NCBI GenBank assembly: GCA_016748015.1
Contig: JAAOMT010000703.1
Location: 804,255-868,254 of the forward strand
DNA from: Geosiphon pyriformis uo1
Lineage: Eukaryota; Fungi; Glomeromycota
DNA length: 64,000 bases
Reading direction: 5' to 3'
Shown one piece after another: positions 1 through 17,189 of the stretch. Each line of letters opens with the position of its first letter. The stretch's first letter is position 1. The notes beneath the pieces are model-generated. The model was not told where the DNA came from. It did no database searches and saw only the letters and a list, made by a program, of their open reading frames with translations. The position numbers were made by a program, and so were the translations under genes.

Positions 1-3000
1 TTCTAAAACAGCAAAAAAAAAACATAGATACTAACCAATAAAATCCAAAAGTTTAAAGGCTCTGTTAAAATTTTTTCACAAATATTAACATTTTTAGCAT
101 AAATAAAAACATGATTCAGCATTTTTATTTTACTACAAAGTAAATATAACATATTAAAATACAGTCTATTATATAATTTTTTCTTAATAGCCAATAATAA
201 TTATTTATATACTGTTTTTATCAAATATATACACAAATTGGTTGACTTTTTGTTAGTAAATTCAGACAACATATGTAAATCAGGATGTCAAATCTGTGCA
301 ATAAACCTCTAATTTATTTTTTTAATAAAAACACAAAAAATTATATCATAACTAGAATTAACTTTCCAATAAATATGTCCAATTGATCTATATATATTAT
401 AAACAAAATAATAAATATTGTCAAATATAACTATGTTATTAGCCATAGTATAATATTCATTTACTCTATTTAGCAAAAAAAAGGAATAAGTAGTCATACT
501 AATCAACAAATTAGCTCAGACCAAAGTACTTCCTAAAATTAGCACACTTATAAGAACTATCTTTATTAAAATCTTTATTCAAGATAACAAAAAAAAATTT
601 ATTTACAGCTTTTGCAATTAATAAGTTAATTTTACTAGTCTAAGCCAAATACATTACTAGTATTATATTAGCATACAGCCCCAAAATCAAAACAGAAAGC
701 TTATTTTTAAAAAATAATCTAATAGATAAAAACTAACCAAAAATCTTAAAAATTTTATATATATGTCTTGCCAAGACAATATTTATAACAATTACAATAC
801 CAGAACTCAAATAACTAGAATCCAAACCAGAAGTAAACATATAAATACTATTAAACTTATTAGCAATCTATAAATGAATTTTTTTTTGGTTTTGTTTCAG
901 TAACAATCAAAATCAAATTGTTCATATTTTTGTGTTAATGAATAATATCTACTTGTTTAACAAAGTTGTTTATACTCTTAATATTGCACATAACTATTTT
1001 TTAAATAAGATTGGTTATTAAGAAAAATAAGTATCAAAACCCAAACCAATATTGTTTACTTTGGCTATTAAGTCTGTAACTATGATTAACAAATTGTTTA
1101 TATTCTTTTCCAATTTTTAGACAACCAATAGGTCAAAAACCACCACTTTTATAATAGTCTTATTATTAGTAATCACACCCAAATTCTTACTTATTACTAC
1201 ATCTATCTTTTAATTTTGTGATAAAGAGGTTATCAATGGCTGACATTTAAGACTAGACTAAAAAACTGTTAGTCTAAATACATTCAATCTTTTAACCAGT
1301 TTATTAATCTGCTTTGTAAGACTGGCAAGACTATATTCAAGAGCAATAAATCTACAATTTATTTTTTTAGACACTAACAAAATAGGTTTTACCTCCAGAA
1401 AGAAGCCAAAATTTGATAAACTATTATATACAAAAAAAAAAGAAAGACCCACCAACAATTTTTGCTCAAAAAAACCACTAAAAACAACTGGATGAGTAAT
1501 AAAAGCTGAATATTTGACATAGATAATTGTCAATCTGCTTTTATTTATGTTTGACAATACTTTACAAAAGAGACTACCAAAAAAAATTTCCACTTATAAA
1601 ACAGTGCAATAATATATAACTCATATTTCTATATTTTGCATATTTGGCAAAAACCAAATAAAATCAGCACAGATTGGTGCTTTTTAGTACTAATGTAATT
1701 TTCATGATGGTATCAAGTAACTTAGCAAAATTGAAGCAAACAACAGCATATTTGAATCAAACATATGTAACTAAATGTCAATTAATAACACATATATTTT
1801 TACTAATTAATTTAATGAAATCTTAGATATTATAAACATTTGTTTTTATTTATAGTATATAAAGTAGTGTCTTATTACAGTTTTTTACATCTTATAAATC
1901 TTTTTTTTATTAGCTTTTGTTATACACACAGTATTCTTTCTAATCAGAATAAACCATTTTACTATGACCAAATTAGCATGCTTTATTTGTTCAAACTTAA
2001 TTATAGTTTTTTGTCATATTTCTACCAATTGTATTTTGATTAACTTAATTATTTCAAACTCGAATAGCACAATATGCATAGTTTTAATTGATGTTTCAAT
2101 TGGAATTTTTTTTACTATTATAGTCTAATTTGAATGTCCAGTAGATTTTTTAAGATTAGTATTTATCAAAATTTTTGCATTCTTAGTCTTATCAATAGTT
2201 TGTCTTAAACTTGATTCAAAAGTAAATATTGCTCTAATAATCTCAGCAAATTTTGAAGAAGTGAATACTCTCCCAAAACTATTGATTCCTAAAAACAGTT
2301 TTTTGATCACTATATATTTTTCTTAAAACATTTTTTCAGCAATTTTATCTAATCTAATATCTAAAGCAAAAAATTTTTTAACAGAAACATTGACCAGATT
2401 TTTGAGAAAGGAAAGAAGCACCAAAGAAAAATCTAAAAAATATTATCATCATTACTTAAGAAATTGATTTTTTCTAATGGCTTTCTCAAAGCTTTTTTGG
2501 TCTTTACTATAGTCAATACTGGTTTTCTTAACCAAACACTTTGCTTCTATGTTAACACTATCAGATTTAGTAAAGTCACTGGTTTTTAAGTCTTAAAAGC
2601 AACTATTTAATTCTTTAGCAAAAACTTTTTTGTCATTAATATTATCTTTCAAAACACCATCTCTTTTTTTTTCCTCAATATAATAAGTTTAATATTAATA
2701 CCAGATTTATAATCTTTAATAAACTTTTTTATAATAGTGTTACAAATAATTACTTGAGATGTTGGAACAAATAACAAACTCATAATTTGGTGTTCAATAG
2801 TTGAAAATATTGGTAATTTTTAAAGATTTTGAAGTCTAAAGGTTTTGGTTAAGTTCTTTGTATAATAAACAGAGATTTAATTGATGGTTTTTTCTGTGAA
2901 TTTTTTTTTTTAGCATAATAGTTAATTTATTTTAGCAGTTATGTCTCTCTGGTAAGCTATTCTTAAATTTCTATTCTTATTTTTGGGTTTTTTATCAGAC

Positions 3001-3057
3001 TATTTTTGATATCAAATACTTAGTACTTAATTTTTTTAATCAATTAATAAACAACAA

Positions 3058-3088
<31 letters not shown>

Positions 3089-3770
3089 CAAAACAAAATA
3101 AAAAAAATAAAAAAAATAAGAAATTAACATCTTGTTAATAACTATAATCAAAAGTTATTGATTCAATGTGATTAAGTTTTGAGTTTTATTAATATAGAGT
3201 GTTGATAGCATAAAATTAATTAATATTTCTTAATTAAATAATAGTAACATAGATTTTAGGTAATAATTAATATTTTATTTATATGTGAGTTAATTTCACT
3301 TTAAGTTATAGAAAACTACTTTTTGAAAAAAGAGGTATTGGATAATTAATAAATTTTAACTGATTGTTGGTATCAATTCTGTCTTTTTTGTTTCTAATAC
3401 TCTTACTATATATATATATTTTTTGTTATATAAGATTTCTCATTTTCTTAAGCAATGTGTTCTATTTTCTTTAACAACATATTTATTGCTAAGCAATATG
3501 TTATAATTCACTGACAATATATATATTGTTAAGCAATATATCATAATTTTCTAATCTTGTGCTCACTTACTAAGCTCTATTTTCCTATTAGTATATTTTC
3601 TATCTGTTTTTTTTATTTATACTTTTTTTATAAATAACAACAGCAATACTAAGATTAACAATAGTCTTATTATTAAGCAAAAATAGTTTAGATTTATTAT
3701 ACTAAATGATTAAAACTTTTTTTCAACAAATATACTCTTTTTATGAATTTAGAATATAAAAAAGAAAAAA
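1..3770 (-). mobile_element. Decayed LINE (non-LTR retrotransposon): 5' UTR, ORF1 and the start of ORF2 (APE); runs off the window; interrupted by a solo LTR
   Basis: ORF fragments 2125-2310 (KLFLGINSFGRVFTSSKFAEIIRA...) and 1258-1593 (RFIALEYSLASLTKQINKLVKRLN) align by eye with ORF1 of the LINE at 42541-44055. 3640-3690 matches the ORF1 start at 32050-32090. Many TAA/TGA stops derived from CAA/CGA/TGG. Confidence 0.85.
2738..3639 (-). mobile_element. Solo LTR of the Gypsy family inserted in LINE ORF1; 4-bp TSD atag (2734-2737) / acag (3640-3643)
   Basis: TG...CA termini. 2738-2800 is the reverse complement of the LTR 3' end at 33200-33264. Removing it plus one TSD restores the LINE ORF1 sequence seen at 32080-32100. 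Contains an (aaaac)n tract at ~3050-3100. Confidence 0.8.
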
Positions 3771-5020
3771 AATTTTTGTTTATTTTTTTATTATTAAATA
3801 CAATTAAAAAAATTATATATTTTATAAATAAAGTATTAAATATTATTAAAAACAATTATATTATTATAATTATAAACAAAAATATTTAAAATATTTAAAA
3901 ACAAAAATAAAATAAAAAAACAAGTTTTATTAATTAATTAATTAAAAAATAATTTTTAAAAATAAACTAATTTATTTTTAATTTTTTAATTTTTAATAAT
4001 AATATTATATTTATATTTTTTTATTTAATATCAATTTTTAAAATTAAATATAAATAACTAATATTAAACTTATAAACATAAATAATAATTGAATTATTTA
4101 TAAAAATATTACAATTATATTATATTAAAACAAATTTTAAAACCAAAATAATAATAGTAAGTTTAATTAAAATAAATAATATAGTATTATAAATTTTGAT
4201 TTTTTTTAAAAAATATAGTAATATTATTAATTATTAAAAAAAACCAAAATTTTTTATAAAACTATTAATGAAAATAATTAAATTACTAAATATTAATTGG
4301 TTTTTAATAGTAAAATTTTTTAAAAACAAAACTACATATTTTAAAAGAACAAAATTTGTATTTAAACTTGATAAATCTAAAATATTATTTTTAATTTATT
4401 AAGAATTTTATGTAAATTTTTAAATTAATTAAGAATAAATTTTTTAAAGTTTAAGTAATTTTTTTTTAAAAAATTTTTATTTTTAATTATATTATTATTA
4501 TTTTTTTTAATTAATTTACAAAAACAATATTTAACTTTTTAAAATATTTAACCAATTTACAAAAACCAAATTTTTTTAATATTAAAAAAACTAATATATT
4601 TATATATTGATTAAAAGAATTAATATCAATGTTTGTCATAATAATTTCAATTTTTTTAAACAAACTTATTATATTAACCAAAAAACATTAAGTTGTTTTT
4701 TTTGTTAACAAATTTTTCCAATTTGACAATTAATATACTAAGAATTAATTTTATTAAAATTATTAATAATTTTATTGGTGAAACTAAAAGTGAATTTTCA
4801 AGTACTAATATAATAGGATTTAAAACAATTTGGTTTAAAATAATAAGTTCTAAAGTTTGAATTTCTGTTGGTTTTAAAATTGGGTTTTCTCCAAGTTTTT
4901 TTTTTGATATTTATTTTTTTTTTGAACTTTTGTTTCTTTAGTTACTAATGGCCAATGCCTAATTAATTATTTTTTCATATAAGATTATTCCAATATAAAT
5001 TAATGATTTTTTTGTGCTAC
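3770..5020. other. AT desert (heavily eroded TE remains)
   Basis: Almost no G/C and no credible ORF; same texture as the recognisably eroded Gypsy copy at 52570-56960. Confidence 0.55.
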
Positions 5021-5531
5021 TTCTTACACCAAACATTTATTGTTTTACATTGTTTTTTAAAGAATGCAGGAACTGTGCTTGCGTTGGTTTTTGAAACAAG
5101 AAATTATCCCTACATGGATTACTGATAAGATGGGCGTTTTTTCATGATAAGGAAAAATTGGGTTTGTGAGAGAAGATAATTAGCGAGTTTTTACTGGTAA
5201 ATATATATATATAGAGGTATAATCATATATTCTTTATCAATATAAAAAGAGCTAACTTCTTGTTTTCTTCTATTGGTAACTTGGGCGTTTTTTTTGACGA
5301 ACAAAAGGCACGATTTCTTAAAGTTTTGTGCCATATTCTTGTTGATTTGCTGACTAAAAAGAATATAGGAATATTCGCGTTTCTATTCGATGCTTTTTGT
5401 GTGTAATAATATCCTTATCGAAAAAGCTGAATTTTTTATATATAGCCTACTTTTTTTGCCTATAATGACAGAAAGGTTGGAAATAAATCAATCAAAAGGT
5501 CTGGTTTTATATCACGTAAAAAATAAATATT

Positions 5532-5913
5532 ATGGAAGAAATTAGAACAGTTGAAGCCGAAATAGATGCTTTGAAACAAAAAAAGAGAAACCTACAAAAT
5601 CAAATTAAAAACCGATATCATGATGAAATAAATCAAGAAATAAAGTCAAGAAATAAATCAAGAAATTGTTGACATAGAAGAAAAAATAAACGCAAGACGA
5701 CGGATCGTTCAAACCCTTACAAAAAGTAATAAAACTTTTAATCAAGGCAATCAACCAAGAAGTTCAACGCAAAATAATCAATCATCAAGAGAAATCCAAG
5801 AATTAAAACAAATATTACTCCGATTAGAAAGAAAAGTTGATCAATTAGAAGGACAAGTTAATCGTTTAAACAATCATCAAGGAAGTCAACAAACAAATCC
5901 AAACCCCTCCTAA
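5532..5913 (+). pseudogene. Intronless small coiled-coil, Q/N-rich ORF broken by a 1-nt insertion; origin unknown
   Basis: MEEIRTVEAEIDALKQKKRNLQNQIK...EINQ x3...REIQELKQILLRLERKVDQLEGQVNRL...NPS*. Three tandem gaaataaatcaa units at 5625-5661, with an extra g in the middle unit shifting the frame. Confidence 0.45.
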
Positions 5914-6719
5914 ATATATTCCTCGCAAGAACTTTTAATCAAAAATTTCCTTTTAATAGTACCATTAGATGACTACTCTTTAAAGGGAATTCTTGGCTAT
6001 TATTTGTCGAATAATTACATTGACAATTATCGGACTGTCAATTACCTAAACAACCAATATTTTTACGATATCTAAATTTTAAAAGAATTTTCCCTTGTCT
6101 TTTGGCTTGAATTCTGGGAAAAAATATTCGTTCTTGGGGTTGAAGTTTACTTTTAACACTTCTTTAAATCACTATTTAAACTATTTTATTTTATATTATC
6201 AATCTTTTTAAAAAATTAATTGATAAAAACTATCTACTCTTACTTCAAATTTTGAAGGCAAATTCTACTTCATTTTTTACCAACTTTCCTAATCATAAAT
6301 TATCACAATTTTTAGGAATTTTTTTTTCTAACTCAACTAATTCAGTTAAGAATTTGTTACCAAATGCCCTAATAAATTCTTAAAGCATTTATTAAATTAG
6401 TAAAGCATTTATTAAATTAATAACTTTTTTTGCTTAACTTGATAAGCCTTTAATTGCTCATTAATCTCTTGTTCTTGCTTTTTTCAACAGTTCAATTTGG
6501 CTTCGTATTTGGGAGGTTTACTCCGTTATTATTTATGAACTTTATTATTCATATTGAAAAATATATATATAAATATAAAAAGCCTTTGCTAAAGTGTTAT
6601 TTCCCAACTTCTTACACAATAAGTGATGGTAAAATTACCAAAAAAACAATTATTTTCCATTCAAAAAAAGTTAATATGTAAAATAATTAAGAGAGTAAAA
6701 AAAATCAAGGGAAAGTTAA

Positions 6720-8040
6720 ATAGAAAGTTTTTTAAAAAGGAAAAAAAATATTAATATTATTGTTAAAAAATTTTTTTTTTTGTAAAATTACCAAAAGCTT
6801 ATCATATAATGCTTTTATTATATATATATATATAATTCAACTGTTTTAACATTGATAAAACTATAATTAAAATATGAATTTAAATGTCAAACCAAATCTG
6901 TTTTTTTTCATTCAATATTATTAACAAAATTTATATTCAAACATTTTTTTGCTAATTTAATTTCTTATAGAATACAATTAATAATCTTATAAATATAATA
7001 GATAAAATATTAACCATTACCAAAAATGGTTAAATTATTTTTTGTCTTTTTAAAATTTTATATAATATTCTGATTTTTAATAATATAATTATATTAGTTA
7101 AATAATCAGCTAATTTATTCTTCAAATTTTTTGAATGATTTTTAACTTTAATTTTAATTTATTAACAAGTTTTTATCTTTTATTATATTTGTAATTTTAC
7201 ATCTTTTTATTTTACATTTATTTTTGAAAATAATTTTATATTTTTAATTTTATTTTTATATATATTTATTATAATATTAATATTTATAAAAATTTATTTT
7301 TAAACACATATTTTAAAGTTGATATAATTATTATTAATTTGGTTTTTTTTAATAAAATTGTTTTATTTATATTAAATTTTTTTGTTTATATTATTAAAAT
7401 AAGTAATAATACTATTAATAACTATTTTTAAACTCAAATTTTTTATAAATTTATTTATATAAATTTTTTTATTAATATTATTATAAAAATTGTTTATTTT
7501 GTTTTAAAATATAAACTTTTTAAAAAACATATTAAATTTATTTATTTATTTACTTAAATTATTAATAAATATTCTTAATATAAGTATATTAATATTAAAC
7601 TTCTTGGTTTTTTTTTATTAAATTTGTTAAATTTATAATTTAGTATATTTTTTTTAACATTAAAATAATTTTTTTTTTTACTTTTTTTTATTGGTTATTT
7701 TTATAACAATTGTGTTTATTATATTTTATTTTTCAAATAAATATATATTATTATTATTATTATTATTATTTAGAAAAAGTATTTTTATAAAGTATTATTT
7801 AATTATAATAAAAATCATTATTTTTTTTAATTTTTGTTTTAATTGTAATTATAAAATTACAAAAAAAGAAAAAAATTATTTATATTAATATTTAATAAAT
7901 TTAAATATAAATTTAAATATAAATATTTAATTAATGAAAACAATATAGTTTTTTTTTATAAATTATATTTTTTTAATAATAATAAATTGCAAGCAAATAT
8001 GAATCTCATGGCTAAATTAAAAGCAAAAATATCATTATTA
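6720..8040. other. AT desert flanking the gene island
   Basis: Near-pure A/T; ORF 7691-7888 is a compositional artefact. Confidence 0.6.
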
Positions 8041-8187
8041 TAGGACATGTATAATTAATTAAAAGCTTAGGCCATATGTGTTCGTGTGAACGTTTTACGT
8101 CAGCACTTTAAAATTTCAGGCGATACTTGTAACACTAAATTTCATAATACAAAATTTCTGAATTTTTTAATAGTTTAAGTAGTCAAT

Positions 8188-9686
8188 ATGCTTTCTTACT
8201 TGAATCTTAAGAGTTCTTTGGGTACCCTTACCTTTAGCAAATTATCATTGAAAAACCAATGTTCTAGCAATGTTTCTAATAATTTTCTAGTTAGACTAAA
8301 TTCCAATTTAAGGATTTACCACCAGCTACCCCTTCCAAGTTATACCTCCCGCAATGTCTTTACAAATAACCGAACGTCGATCCAACGGTTCCCACCAGGC
8401 AAGGTCGAAAATTATAAACGCTTTCCGCATGCTAAACCTTTTTATGAGAAACAAATTTTCTGGGTCTCCACTGGTGTGGTAGGCAGCCTTACTGGTGCGG
8501 ATATTCGAACTTCGAATTTACGCTTAACTCGTAGAATCGAAATGAGTCGTTTTCAAAACGAAATCGAATATTCGATTTCCCATAATATTAGGTGTATATT
8601 ACTATACTCATTTGGAAACTGTCCCTTTGACTGGTCGCCGACGCTTTATGGACGTTTCTCCTAAACAGGAAGAACTAATAGCACAACAAGCCTATCGAGA
8701 GATTATGTCTCAATTTCACAACAAGATTTTGCCAACTTGGTACCCAGAGTCAAAGTTTGTGCGCCAAGTCGCTCAAAGGCTTGTAAAAGTGAGCGGAATG
8801 CAAAGTCTGTATCACTGTATTATCAACCGCTTGAGGAAATTTTTTTTAACAAGCTTCGTTCCATGGATTTTGTTTTCTCCCTATTCTATATTGAAATCAC
8901 CCACTTTCACAGATTTGAATTGGGAGTTTTATGTTATTTCTTCTCCTGAAAAAAACGCTTTTGTGCTCCCGGGAGGTAAAGTTTTTGTTTTCACTGGAAT
9001 TTTGCCTATTACTAAAAATGAAGATGGGATGGCTGCGGTTCTAGGACATGAGGTATAAATCCTGAAATTTTATCATGTTTAAAAGTTTCGTTAAATTCTC
9101 ACTAAAAAAAAAATATTTTTTTCATTAAGATTGGACATCAAATTGCTCGTCATAGCGCAGAGAAACTTTCAGTCTTCAAAATATTGCTCTTAACACAAAT
9201 CCTTGTTAGTATGATATTTGATCCGAGCCTATTGACTCGTCTCTTCTTTGAGCTTGGTATCATGTAAGTCGGTTTCGATATTGCCCAAGTTCTATGGCAA
9301 ATCACATCAATATGAGTTTGCTCAACATTTGACGATTATTTTTTGGGGTATTGATAAAGTCACCCTCACTAATGGTATTGATTGATAGGATGCCATTTTC
9401 TCGTAAATGTGAGATGGAAGCAGATTATATTGGGTTACTTTTAATGGCGCAAGCATGTTTCGACCCAGGAGAAGCTAAAAAGGTTTGGGAACGAATGAGT
9501 CAGGCACAGAAAATTTCTCCGCCCCAATTCTTGAGTACTCACCCAAATAACAAAACACGGATAAAAAAAGTGGAAGAATGGTTGCCAGAGGCCATGCAAA
9601 AACGTGCCGAGAGCAATTGTGAAGAAATTATGGACTCATTTAGAGATGGGGTTGCAATCTTAAAGCCACTCTGGGTCTCATGGTAG
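8188..9686 (+). CDS. OMA1: Mitochondrial metalloendopeptidase OMA1 (peptidase M48), 5 exons
   Basis: N-terminal presequence-like segment; HLETVPLTGRRRFM, NAFVLPGGKVFVFTG, HEXXH (GHE|IGH, split by the intron after ~9053), FSRKCEMEADYIG, FLSTHP. Introns ~8495-8591, 8805-8912, ~9054-9129, ~9264-9388. Confidence 0.93.
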
Positions 9687-9918
9687 AACGGAGGAACGAT
9701 TTGATAATTGCTTTTTGCTGTGCTAGCTTTCACTATCTAGGTGCTTCTAAGGAATATTCTAACATATGAATGGATGCTAACACGTTTTATAATTTTTTAA
9801 TTGACAGGAAGATCATGATTAAGAACTCAATACTTTTATTTGTTTAACAAGTTTTATAGATTGGCTAAGAAATATCTAAAATGAGTAGAAATTTCTTCAG
9901 CTTATAGTTTATATTTGT

Positions 9919-15005
<5,087 letters not shown>

Positions 15006-15177
15006 TTATACTTTTCGTCATTAAAATAATTGAGAAGAACATGAAGACTCAATAAAAAAAAATGTTAAAATAAATCGTTGATATTGTATTTCTTAATTTA
15101 CTCACCTTTTAATGGCCGGTTTCTTAGAATTGGGGAGAGTTGAAATTAAAAAACCGAGCGAAAATCAACATGGTTGG

Positions 15178-15205
15178 GAGATTATCTTATCATCCTGATA
15201 ATCTC
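15178..15205. promoter_or_regulatory. Cluster of three GATA-factor-like sites (TTATCT, TTATCA, TGATAA) inside a 9-bp inverted repeat upstream of ARO1
   Basis: gagattatc-ttatcatcct-gataatctc. A probable ARO1 5'-UTR intron donor (minus-strand aaag|gtgagt) lies at ~15105. Confidence 0.3.
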
Positions 15206-15384
15206 TCAGTTTCGTGGCTTTACCAAAATAGATTGATTTCTTTGATTTGAAGTTAACATAATTTTTACATAAGCTTAATTAATACAATACATGTAAACAG
15301 TGCATGGTTCGCATATTATAGAAGTAGATTGCTAGATTGTATAAAACATAATAAAAACCAAAATTTATTAAAATAAATAAATTG

Positions 15385-15460
15385 GGGGTTTTTTTATTGT
15401 AGCCCAACCACCAACCATATCCGCATAACACAGTTATTATACATTAGACGTGAATGGATT
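15385..15460 (-). mobile_element. Short LINE-like 3'-end remnant
   Basis: Minus strand ...ggtggttgggctac-aataaaaaaaa resembles the LINE 3' end at 48826-48875 (gtagttgggctgc...polyA). Confidence 0.3.
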
Positions 15461-15689
15461 TTTATTATATAAAATAATAATAATAATAATAATATATCAA
15501 CTATTATTTATATTCATTATTAATAACAAGTCTAAAATTTTTGAAATTAATTATTTTGAAGTTATTATTTTTTAATTGTGAAATTCAACTTTAATAATTA
15601 ATAATAGATTTTGCTCAATTATAAAATTATATAATTGTAATTAAATATAAAGTAATATTAACTAATTACGGATGGAGTGCAATACATCA

Positions 15690-16904
15690 ATCCTAAGTAT
15701 TGAATATTATTTCCTGCTCCCCAAACCCATTTCTATCACAATCACACAATTCCGGCAGTTGTGCACTTCGGATCCTCCGATTCTTTGGATGTTGCCACAT
15801 TGACTACAAGTCTTGGATGTGTAGGCTTTGTTCTGAATATAACACCTAATTACTCGGCCTTTGTAATCAGACGCGCCCAATAAAGCATTTTCTGGTCAGT
15901 TTTTCATATAATCTCTCTTGTCTTGTGATTCACCATGCCCGACACTCAAAAGGAGAAATTATAATGACATCGAATTCGTGGGTAAAGAATCTGATTTCTG
16001 GTGAATTTCACTTTACAGCTGTATAACTTTTCATCGCATCCGAAAAATCGCCTTATCGAGTCGCCGGGACATTTTATTGTTACGTCTTGAGGAGGATACT
16101 AAACTAACGCTTCTCATTACCCATATTAATGGTAGGCTATAACGATGTATAATAATAATCGACGGATGAATGATATAGAAACCGTTCCATTTAAGTTGGA
16201 AGAATCCTGTGAACGAATTGTTATTTTTTTTCGCATATCTTTTCGAAATCGAAATGAGAGCGTATGTGCTGATAGACCTTGCCGATTCGCATTACACGCC
16301 TAATTACTTCTTCCCTAGCAATCGATGTTTCATCATTAATATTCGCGGTGCATACTACACAACCGTTCGCATCAATTTGGGCTCCCCCCGTATCGCAACT
16401 TTTTAGAGTTTCTTCTTTTCCTGCCCGAACATCTGTGTAAAGCTTAAGTTTATCTTTGATGGATTGAGGCTTTATCCAAGCCTGTTGTGTTTGATCGATA
16501 TGGGAATGTTGGGATAAAAGTGGCAATGCCGATTCCAGTAAATATTATTATAAGCAAATCTCATCAAGCCCAACCACCGCTTCAAGAGCTGTTTTTCAGG
16601 ATGGTCCGGATACACATTGATTAATAATGTACGGTTGAGAGTATATTCTGACGTTTGCGGCGAACTGCTGTCGCTTTTCCCTTGCGCTTTTCGCCTGTTT
16701 TGACTTTCTCGTCGATTGCAGGCAGCAGATAAAGACGGTGTTGAGGGCAAGAATATCTTGTAGGAGTTCATGCTCGTGTGAGGTCGCATCGTCGAAGAAA
16801 ACCGAGTTTTGCAAAATGGAGGAAAAAGATATATTGAAAGAGGTCGAAGGTAAATCGGCAAAGCCTATCACGGTAGGTGACCACAATTTCCGAGACCATT
16901 CCAC
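15690..16904 (-). pseudogene. Fanzor2/TnpB RNA-guided nuclease relic
   Basis: RTLLINVYPDHPEKQLLKRWLGLMRFAYN (OrfB N-terminus), FRFRKDMRKKITI, RRLDKAIFRMR..SEIHQK, FFTHEFDVIIISPFE/VSGMV, KMLYWA, IQNKAYTSKTCSQCGN...CRNC, DRNG/GAGNNI. RuvC-I segment appears deleted near 16100. Confidence 0.88.
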
Positions 16905-17060
16905 GGCTTATTCGTTCCCATAGGACCTAAAAGTCCCGATTGTTTGAAATTGATATTTGACTCGACATCGCTGAGGAGTTTTTAGGTTGGAAATCGAGAG
17001 GAGTGGTTTTTGCCGTTCGAGATCCTCTCTTTGTTTTGCACTAGAGACACGGGCGCAGAA
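16596..17060 (-). pseudogene. tnpA: IS607 TnpA serine recombinase relic (N-terminal HTH not seen)
   Basis: FCARVSSAKQREDLERQ (from 17060; catalytic RVSS), LLSDVESNINFKQSGL, ERISRGMVSEIVVTYRDRLCRFTFDLFQYIF, SHEHELLQDILALNTVFICCLQSTRK; several frameshifts. Confidence 0.9.
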
Positions 17061-17189
17061 GTGATGGTGATGGTGATGGTATCAGCATTTTGAGAAGTTA
17101 GCTCAGGAAAGAAAGGTATTTATTTTCGCGATTTTGGACCTGATAATCATTTTATTGATAGGCATTATTAAGCAAATCTTTTCATCGGC

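Larger units (their letters stand above)
15690..17060 (-). mobile_element. Decayed eukaryotic IS607-family element (TnpA serine recombinase + Fanzor2/TnpB); ends not identifiable
   Basis: Ordered, frameshifted TnpA motifs followed by TnpB/Fanzor2 motifs on the minus strand (see the two pseudogene entries). Confidence 0.88.

Noticed and set aside
7691-7888. Hydrophobic F/I/L/K-rich ORFs in AT deserts (also 1840-2043, 6454-6681, 56420-56629)
   Set aside because: Compositional artefacts of AT-rich DNA; 56420 overlaps the eroded Gypsy on the other strand.
15400-15700. Fanzor omega-RNA and IS607 right end
   Set aside because: The region is AT-rich and partly LINE-like; no boundary or structure can be supported without other copies.
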